Positions 51,513-61,642 of a stretch of 64,000 nt of DNA are shown here, in pieces; the stretch's first letter is position 1, and each line of letters starts with the position of its first letter. The position numbers and the translations under genes were made by a program. The notes beneath the pieces are model-generated. The model was not told where the DNA came from and made no database searches. It saw nothing but the letters and a program-made list of their open reading frames with translations. Origin of the DNA: Phallusia mammillata (lineage: Eukaryota); contig OZ281497.1 in assembly GCA_965637545.1 (NCBI GenBank), positions 28,644,001 to 28,708,000 on the forward strand. Direction: 5' to 3'.

Positions 51513-54134
51513 ATGTCATTGTTAGTTTTGTTAGTTTTATTGTGTTTATCTGTTTCTGCTGGAGGCCAAACTTGGCATAACTTCAATGGATTCCAATATT
51601 CCATCGAAATGACTCCAGTCTCTTCACATGCTGAAGCAGAAATGGGATGTTCTGCGTTGCAAGCTAATGTAGCTAAAGTTAAAACTACGGAAATCTTTGA
51701 GTTTCTAAAGTCACAAATCAACCTGACAGGTGGGTTAGTTATTTCTTAACCTTTTGTTCCTCGCAAAAGTCTCTCCATTTTACACGCAATTAATACTTAA
51801 AAATTTCATGCACCTGGCAATGTAATTTGTAAACTAACTATTTGTTTAGATTATCCTCACTCGTTTTACATCGGAGCAAAAAGAATCGGAAACACAGATA
51901 AGTTTCAGTGGAATGATGGAAGCAATGTATCACTTACAACAAATATGTGGGAAGATGGTCAACCAAATCACCTAAAAGATCATAATTGCGTCACAATGGG
52001 ATGGAATGTATATCAAACAGCTTATCAATGGTTTGATGTACCATGTACAAATTACAATACGAAATACATTTGTGAGAAAATCTCAGGTAAACTAGGGGTA
52101 GTTACACCAACGTAAAACATAGCTTGTCTTTTATGTTTGGAATATGTAATATAGAGAAAGCATAAAATAAAATAGTAGATCAATATTCTCAGATTGAAAT
52201 GTTGTCTTTTCTAACTTAACTAATGTAATATATAGCTACGGATGTGCTTTTAAGCGAAGCGCAAAAAAACCGTGTGATCCTCATTAACAAGAAAATTTAG
52301 TCAGTGTTTTATGCGCAAAAATGCGTAAATTAAAGTTATGTCTAATAGAATTGAAATAATACTTGTACCATTAAATACAGGATTATGGTACAAAACAAGC
52401 TCTTCTTGATTTACTGGACATTAGTAACTCGTGCCAAAACAGGCAACAGTTTTGTTTTGCACGAATTTACTTTGTTCAAGCTAATTGCTTATACTATCAC
52501 AACAAGCGTCACCATGTTCACCATTACAGAAACCATTTTATCAACACCAGTCGGAACCAGCCAACCAGCCTTAGAAGAAACAGCTTTCAGACCATCCAAC
52601 ACGTCACAAGGCAAGAAAATTTCTATGATAAGATTTAATGAGTAGATTATACGTCCACATTTCCTATTTCACCCTTAAAAACACTCTTAACGAAGGCTGG
52701 TACAACACACGTTGCGACAAAGCGTACAATAATGTAAGTATTTCATTTATGTAATGCTGTGCTAACATCACTTGGTGAACATAGAGCAACACAATTGCAC
52801 TGAATCACTATAAGCAGGAAATAACTGCGCAACGTTGAAACGTTTAAAGATAGAGGGCAGCTGAGGGCACAATTGGTTAATAATGGAGGGCTAAACGCAT
52901 TGTAGCTAGATCATGGTGTAAACCGAACCACTGTAACACCTAAATGTTTGCTTTAACATGAGATATCATTTATTTTTCGTATACGGCAGGTTGTGTAAAT
53001 CTTTATGCTAAACAAAAGTCCACAATTTGTTTTTTGTTTTTTCAATTAAGTTTGCAAATATGATTTGGAAATGTTTGGAGAAACTTAAACAATATTAATT
53101 GTAAAAACTTGTAATTTGCCACTTAAAGAAAAAGTCAACATGAACATCGTCATCTTGGCCTCAGCAACGTGCGGAAGCTTGATTGTCATAATGTGCATTG
53201 TCATTGTCATTGTCATTGTGACGTTGCGAAAACGTAAAAGGAGGTAAGCAGGGTTTTCGTTACAGCGCATTAGAATCCGTTATGCAAATAAGTTCAGCTT
53301 GTTTCCATACTAAATCCATTTTCCATGTGTTGAAGCGCAATCATAATTCAGGTTCATAATTCTTTAGGCCCAGATACCATCTTGTAGTAAAATTAGCCTA
53401 ATAAAAAAAATGCGTTACGATATTGTAGCCTAACATAAGCAAGCAGATAGTTTGGCTCAACATATCCACATTTGTTTATTATTTAATCTTATTAAGAATA
53501 AATTAAAGAATAAATTTTCTTCCTAGGAATGATTCGTTAGCGACAAATGAAGGTGAATATGAATACGTTGACATGAGTAAGTAATAACATCGTTGTATTT
53601 GAGGAACAAAAACATTTATTTTTTCCAACATAGCACATTGATTTATTTTGCCTGATTTGGTTTCGTTATATCTAACCACGTTTAGACTTTTACAGTAAGT
53701 GTTTGTCTAAATTCTGAAACAATGTGTTTGTTGTAAACAGCTGAAAATCGTGGGATTATAGAAACACACACGAACCCATCAATGTACCTTAATACCTTTG
53801 GACAACCTTCAACGTCACAACAACACACTGATGAGATCAGTCCTTATTGCGTCACCCATGCACAAGGTACTGAATGAAATGTTCACACATAAGATCACAC
53901 GATTTGACACTAAATTTTGCCATCTCTCTAATTAGGTATAAAATGCACATTGTTGCAAAATTGTGTTTGTTTTGTTTAGATTGCATTCCAGTACATGAAG
54001 AAACATACCAACACCCAACAGCCTATGTCAAAAACTCCGTGCCACCAATCACGTCACAATCACCAGCAGATGACGACAATCCCTATTGCGTCAGCCAAGA
54101 TCGACGTCCTGATTACATAACAATTGATCCTTAA
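51513..54134 (+). CDS. U14: intact CTLD-mucin-TM receptor, class B tail (~355 aa)
   Basis: Exons 51513-51729, 51850-52086 (not in ORF track; GQPNH..NCVTMG..WFDVPC..ICEK), ~52443-52610 (GC donor; acceptor tentative), 53129-53243, 53527-53576 (EYEYVDM), 53741-53866 (MYLN), 53980-54134 (DYITIDP*). Confidence 0.85.
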
Positions 54135-56356
54135 TATGTATTTTACTCCACGTGTTCAAAAATTTTCAAAGATGGCCTAGGCCCGAATCAAGGCGGTTTT
54201 ATCTTATAACGGCCCGTTTACACTGTGCGTATGGCGTATGTTAAAACCTGCGTAGTTTTGATTGTTTCATTTTGTCTGTTTGGTTGCGCACTTGGCTGAT
54301 TGGCTGATTTCGGGCGTTCATGTATCGTAAATATGAGAAACCGATTGCCTACCAAACACTTTTTGCGTATTAAGCCGTCCGCAAAGCGGTTTGTGTTTTT
54401 GCTGTGTACAGGTTATAATTGAAAATGGTTACTTTGCCAAAAATTTAAACTTTGTCCTAAATTAAAAAATATATTGTTAGTATTGTATTGCATTTGCAGT
54501 ATTGTATTTGTGTTATTTGCGTTTGAACATTGTAATTTCGTGCATTTAAATAACTAGTTTTTGTACATTTGACCCATACGTGGTATTAAGATAAGCACGC
54601 ACCAATCTAAACCACAGCATTTTAAACAATTCTGTGTGCCAAGATACAAAATCATGTTTACTAACAAAATACTATTTAATTTAGATTCATGCAAAGCTTT
54701 TCCGAACTACAATGTACACAATAAACTTGTGCTGTGAGTTGTGGTCATCGACAGTGTTGTTTTAAGCTAAAAATAACTTTGAGCATTTTATTTAGCAAAC
54801 TTAAATACGCACCGAAAATCGCAGAAGTGGGTTGCAAAGAAAAGCTAGATTTAGGCGCCATAAGTATACTGTAAAGGGGCGTAAACCCTGAACCGAAAAG
54901 CCCGACACGATTTGCAACTTTGAAACGTACAGGTTATGACTAGAGGAAGGCCAAAAGCTAATGGGACTTTACCTTATATATCGCCTATCAAACTCTTCAT
55001 GAACCTCTTTCCGTGTACTAAGCAACGAACTTAAGCAATGACCCATAACTGGTTTTATATTACATCCCCTAATCAGACGAACGACGTGTTTTTACATGAT
55101 GAACGTGGGTGTTCGTTTACAACTTCTTCAGTGCGAAATGCGTTAGACCGTGTTAACATCCGCAACTACGCATAGGCGCATAGAGTATGCGTTTGTTTCC
55201 GCGGGCGCTAGATCATGTTTACAACATAAATTTCTTCTTCCTTAATGTTAATCAGCAACATCTATACAATCAAATTTAAGTGCTGTTTAAAATACATTAC
55301 CATTATCGATCAGTGCATAAATGCTAGTTAAGTTTTGTTTCCGTTTTGTACAGAGAGAGTAGATTTGCAATCATGAGCGCCGGCAGAAGGGGGATAACTT
55401 TAACCTACTTATATAGATGCATTACTGAAACATTTATTTCTGTAAACACGTTAGCATGAACCATAAATCAAATTCCATTTCCTAAAACGTAAAAGCCCCT
55501 CGTGTCCCTAAGTGTCGGGGCCCATGTTTACAAAGTCATATTCAGGTGGTATGGTCAAAGTTTAACTTCAGCTAGTGTTTAATTTTTATTTTTAACCGAG
55601 ACCAGAAAGTAGCCATACTTCATACCCTATTTCTCGCAGTTAATGCTTATGTATTGCAAGTATCATAAGGTTCATACAAAAAAAAACTAGCACGGGTTCG
55701 TGTAACCTTGTAACCAGTTGAGTAGTCAGGTTGTAGGCTATTAACTGAATATGACATAGGTGTAATAATAGAGCGTGCGTCGCATCGTATAACGCAACAT
55801 CCGCTATTGTTCCTAGTCATTGGAAACTTCAATCTATTCTTATTACTTCCTCGTAAACCTTGCAAAACTTGATAATAAGTGATCGAGAGTTTGTTGTTGC
55901 ACGAAACTAAAGGCTTTTGTCTAGTCAATTCATGTCAAGCAGATTTGTTTGGTGTTGAGGTTGGTAGAACAATGTTAAATGTTACGTGGAATGTAAAACA
56001 AATACGACTTAGTGTGTCTAAAGCGGGTTGCCGGAACGAGCTTTGTGCGATCAACAGATCTGCTTACAGAACGTACACAATATGTCAAAAACAGTTACAC
56101 TTGCATATTTATAAGATTGAGCAAAATCGTGCAAGCAACTCTCTCTAAACGTTTGTGAATTTCTGATAAGCGGCGTTTTTATGTAGGAGAACATGAAACC
56201 AAAGACGAAATAGCAATTTAAAAAGAAAATACGACAAATATATCTGAAGATTTAAAACAAATCTGTTAAGGAAAGAATATGCTGCAAACTAAGTGTATTG
56301 GAAATTACCTTGAGCCCCATTTTTGTGTGTTTGTCACAGATTAACTAACAAGCAAT

Positions 56357-59346
56357 ATGAATTTTTACATTCTTCTGGTTTTATTGATGTGCGCGATGGC
56401 TGATTCGCAAACTTGGCATGAATTCCAGAACTTTAAATATTCTGTCGAAATGACCTCTGTCAATTCATATGCTGAAGCAGAGAAGGGATGTTCTGCGTTG
56501 CAAGCTAATGTAGCTAACGTCAAAACTACGGCAATCTTTGATTTTTTGAAGCTTCATATAAATGTGACAGGTACATGGTTTGAATAAAGATTGGTAATCA
56601 ACTAATCATTTGTGTGCATTTTGTCAATTTCTTTAGACCTAACCACCTGTATCATTATTAATTACGTTGTGTGAGACATTATATTTTGGCGCACAAGTGC
56701 ACAGCCTGTGATCGTGGAAGCACGTGTATTGAAATATCGTGTTGTACTGACAGTCGTGTTGTAACAAGTATTCGTAAAATATACTCTCAAAATAATCATT
56801 TAATAATTTGTTAAATATTTTTGCAAATGTTTGAAAACCTGTAAAGTTATTTTCCACTTGAGTTTTGATGGCTTACAAACAATGATATGAACAAAAGTTT
56901 GCTTTTAAACCAGGTGTACCATATTGCTTTTACATCGGAGCAATGAAAAATTCAAGCACTGGTTTGTTTCAATGGAACGATGGAAGTGACGTCACAACCA
57001 CTCAGTGGTATATGAACGAGCCAAACAACTTTGGAGGGAACGAGAATTGTATAACCATGGGCGACACTCATAATTTTAGATCATCTTTTCCATGGTTTGA
57101 TGTACCGTGCAACAAATACTTTGCCAGATATATTTGTGAGAAACCTATTCCAAGTAAGTTCCCGAAACGTATTTGTAAATTCGATTGTGACAAAAATAAT
57201 ACCAAATAAACTTGTTGCAATTATCTATTATTTGAAATGATAGACAGAATTTTGTGGAACAACACAAACAATTTTCGAAATTAGTAAAAGTTGTGCAAGT
57301 TGTTTAAAATTATTCTCTTTGTTTTTTATAGCAACCACGACAATGAGTACAAGAAGCAGTACAGAGGCATCAACTACTACCAAAACCATACCAACTACAA
57401 CCACCCGAACAACAAAACCTGCACCAAGCATCACTACAACAACTACATCAACTACTACTGCTGCTACAACCACATCAACTACTATTACAATAAAAACCAA
57501 ACCAACTGAAAAGGTCACAACAAGCACAAATGCAAAAACAACAAGTGTGACCGAATCAACCATTCCAGCCACCACAACCACGCCATCCACCACTATTAAT
57601 GTAACCACACCAGTCGGAACCAGCCAACCACCCTTAGCAACCAGCACTTCAACACCGACGAGCACATCACCAGGTAACAACATTTCTCCCACTGTGGTTC
57701 TTTTTTTTAACTTTCTAATGAATATTTTTGAAAGATGCTTTTCCCGTCAAGTCTAGTTTCGTATTACTGAAGTACTAGCAAAACATTTTGCTTTTATCTA
57801 TAGGTGTGCCACCAACAAGCCTTATATATGCATTGATCTTGATAGCTTCACAAAATGCCCAATTAACGCACAGTGATATACTACTTTCCCTGTTCACAAT
57901 TTTAGCAATAAATCAGAAAAACCACACATAATCTTTGAAATTACACAGCATTAGCAAATATTACCAAACATTTACTCCAAATTTTAACCAGTTTAATTTC
58001 CATTTTACCACAGCGGGAGCCAAACAAAACGACTCCAACATGATTATTATTATTGCTGCGTCATGCGGCGGATTCCTCTTAGTCACAATCTGCATTGTTA
58101 TTATCTGTGTGACGTCACGGAAGCGTCGCTCGAGGTAAGTGTGACGTAACATGATTCGAGTAAAACGGAAAAGCTTAAAGCAATTGGAGGATTAATAGAT
58201 AGTCTAAACTGCTACTGGCATTGAAGTGCGCTTCTGCGACTTAGAGTTGTTTTTTATTTGTGTTGAACAATGTAAGTATTGCGCGTGATAAACTTTTATA
58301 CCCCCATAAATGCTATTATGGTACCCTAATTAACACTATATATTCATGAGATTTTTGCAATTGTGTCCCAACTCTAATTGTTAGGGAACCACTACAACTG
58401 AATATTTAAACTAGCAATAGAGCCCGGCCTACAACTTCATCTGCCTGCTTCTTATTAACCCGTTTATATGTTTTACAGCAAACAGGCTCCAGGAGTAAGT
58501 TTGTCTGGTTTGAGGGATTATGACGTAGTAGGTGAGTATAGTTGCAATAAAAATGCAAAATATTTCTGAATGTTAAATGATCAACCTCAAATATCAAAAC
58601 AACTATATAACATAGACCAATAAAGAAACTACATTAGGTCCTTGGAAAATAGGTTAACGCTAAAAGCTGGTAAAAACGTCTGTGGGGTCATAAAAATCCT
58701 ACATTTTAGAAGATCAGGCACATTTAGGTAAATTTAATTTTTTCGTTTTGTGACAGATGACGAATATCAGCCCGAAGAGACGTACAGCATTCCTAAAGCA
58801 GACTTAAGCAGCTTAGCGAAGCCATCTGTACCGAATGATGACAACAGCGTACATTACGAGCCTGCACCACGTGGTAACTTTTATGACGAAACACCTGACG
58901 ACAGTAATCCCTATAGTGACGTCAGAAAGTTGCCACAATCAACAAAGACACGCAACAATGACCAACAATCACATGTACCGGAGGCCACTTATAATTTGGA
59001 ATACAGCACTGCGCGGCAAACCGAAACTGATGTGGAAGCTTACGACCAACTAACGCATGATAAACTGCCCTCTGAAGCGTATGACACTGTAAAGCGATCC
59101 CATAATGAGGCAGACGTTAGTTATGACCAACTAGGACATGCTGAAATATCACCAGCTGATACTTACGACACTGCACGGCCACCAGCAAGCAATTCTGTAG
59201 AATATGACCAACTTGGAAGAGTTGATATACACACTAAACCTTATGATACATTACAAAATACTGCAATGAATTCAAACATGTATAGTCAGCTCAACAAAAC
59301 ACAAAAGACAGACAACACTTATGACACAACGAGTCATGTTAAATAG
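56357..59346 (+). CDS. U15: intact, most divergent member; EPN-type CTLD, 114-aa stalk, 16-Tyr tail (~519 aa)
   Basis: Exons 56357-56570, 56914-57153, 57332-57673, 58014-58134, 58479-58531 (SKQAPGVSLSGLRDYDVV), 58757-59346; all GT-AG, total 1560 nt in one frame. Confidence 0.9.
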
Positions 59347-61222
59347 ACTTTTTTGTTGCACAAACCAAATTGACGTTGCTACGGTTTTGGATTTCGCTTT
59401 GCTGTTTTTACGAGTTTTAGCTCCTATTTTAACAATTAAAGCCATATTACTGTAAATGTATAGTTTTATAATGCAGTTGTTTTATACGTACGGCCTAATA
59501 CAGCAGTTTCTAATGAAATGTAATTTTCCTTCCATTTGTTTCACAGCTTTATTTGCAATATGTGCTGCTTTGACCTTTGTGTTTGTCGTTCTGTTGACAT
59601 CTAACTGTGTTTTGCCAACGTTTTATACATGTTCCCTGCAATTCAGTTTGCAATGAGTTTTGTTATACTAATTTATATTAGGTCCTAACCTTGGCAGACA
59701 CAGATTGGACATTATTCCACGCAGGGATTTTGTGAAAATAAGTGATTTCACCGTAAATACTGTCGTTTTTTTACGCGATATATGATGCTGTCGTATATCA
59801 GCACAGTACACGTAAAATACTGCAAATATAACCACATTTTTTATGTCATAGAGAGGTGACCCGTTTATTTTTTGCCAGATTTGTGGCCAGATTGTTATGT
59901 AAATTAGTTTCTATGACGACAGAACCCGTGACCCTGCAGTGTCCAGCGAGCATCATATTGTTTTAATCCGTCCACCATGATTACTTGGAACTATTATAAG
60001 ATCACAGTCCCAATGAACCTTCCAAAAATACATAGTTTTGTTCAGGGTCATTAGATCGCTTTAAAAAAATTTCCACACAGAAGTGCTTAACCGCACGAGA
60101 CTGAATACGTAATTAACATGTCAAAATGCCACTAAAATGTCGCTTATTTCGTTTTCTCGTTCAAAACGACGCATTAAGCGGCAAAACGCTTTGTCCAAAA
60201 TTGTAAGCAGGCCCGAAACCGTAACCCGGTCCAATTTCGACTTTGGCGGTTTCTCTACCCGTCCAATTGACAGAACGACAAATTATTTTAGCAGAAGCTT
60301 TGTAGTTTTCTGATCCCGCCGCTGCTATTTAGCTTACTCAGCAAAACTGCAGCCAGGCAATCAAAATCGTTGCTTAAAAAACGGGCAGCAATTTCGAAAG
60401 AACTGAACGCCTTTCTGAAGCGGCATTCCTACTGTTAAGTTGCGCAATGTTACGGATGCACTAAAGTTGGTAACAGCAGAAGGCAAAAATTGTGCCTGGC
60501 GCGTAACAAATTACGTTTACCTGTGTGTGGCACAGTAATACGTGTTTGTCAGGTCGAAACTGTTAAGTTATTTTATTATTAGCAAAGTTAACAGAAACAA
60601 TACAACATTAAACGTTTTTAACCATTGTTACTCAGTTTACGTTGTTTTACTGCAAAAACAGTTGCATTTAGTACATTTAACACTAACAAAAACAAATTAA
60701 AACCAGCGTTCTAAGCGGAACGTAACTTTTCGCTTGTTAGCGCATAAAACTCCTTGTTAAACCCTTGTTACGTCACAATTGGCGATTAGATAACAAGCGA
60801 ATACAAGAGATTGAAAGCTCATAGCTTTGGGATAACGACTCCCTGTTATCACGCAACGGTAACGGAACGATTTGAGCCTATTTAATTAACGCACAAAAAT
60901 TTTTAAAAAGGGGGGGCTCCGGGAAATCGTTTTCCTAAGAATTTATTTAGTTTTGTTTTTCTTCTAATGTAACAATATACCTGAATTCCAACTTAAATGT
61001 AGACTAAGTTGAAAATGCTTATAAACCAAGCAATCAATGCAATTGCATAGCATTGAAATTAATAAATAGAGCTTGCCAATATCGGCTTGTTTGCCCTCTT
61101 TCTAATTGATATTCAAATTCTTGCACACACCACTATTGCACATAAAAATGTTGCAATGGCATTATCATTTCAATATAGCAAGTAGGTTGGCACGCAGCGT
61201 TCGGAGAGTTGTCTGGTTAGAT

Positions 61223-61642
61223 CAGGGGTCACCAACCCTATGCCCGCGGGCACCTTGTCGCCCGTTTGCCCCTTTTGATCGCCCGTAGGACTAGATCAAA
61301 AATAGGAAGATGCATTTGTGGTTTGCAAAAACATGCTGCGTCTTGTATTGATTCTGTTGAAAGTAACAACAGCCACTTACTACAAAGTTGGGCGACCACC
61401 ATGCCAATCGACTTTTATTAGTAAACGAGAAAATGTTGTATCATAGGAATCACATAAACCCTGGTTTTGTAAGCATGACAATGATATTACCCGCTACAAA
61501 TCCTAAAATATAGGCACTTGTTTACAAATACATTTTAATTTTTGTGTATGTTATATAATATTGTAAATCTCTTTTTATCTGGTAGCCCTCGAGCTATTTA
61601 GTGATATTATGCCTTCGGCATTAAAAAGGTTGGTGACTCCCG
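61223..61642. mobile_element. hAT-type MITE, 420 bp
   Basis: TIRs CAGGGGTCACCAACC / GGTTGGTGACTCCCG; flanks GGTTAGAT and AGTTAGAT (7/8 TSD). Confidence 0.8.

Noticed and set aside
54209-54600. PIF/Harbinger-like start GGCCCGTTTACACTG
   Set aside because: No matching opposite terminus or TSD found.
58479-58494. 16-nt microexon ending at GTAAGT 58495
   Set aside because: Gives phase 0, incompatible with the last exon; the donor at 58532 gives a 53-nt phase 2-to-1 exon with a Tyr like all paralogs.
59680-60930. Possible non-autonomous DNA transposon distal to the cluster
   Set aside because: Composition differs from gene spacers, but I could not identify TIRs, TSD or coding remnants.
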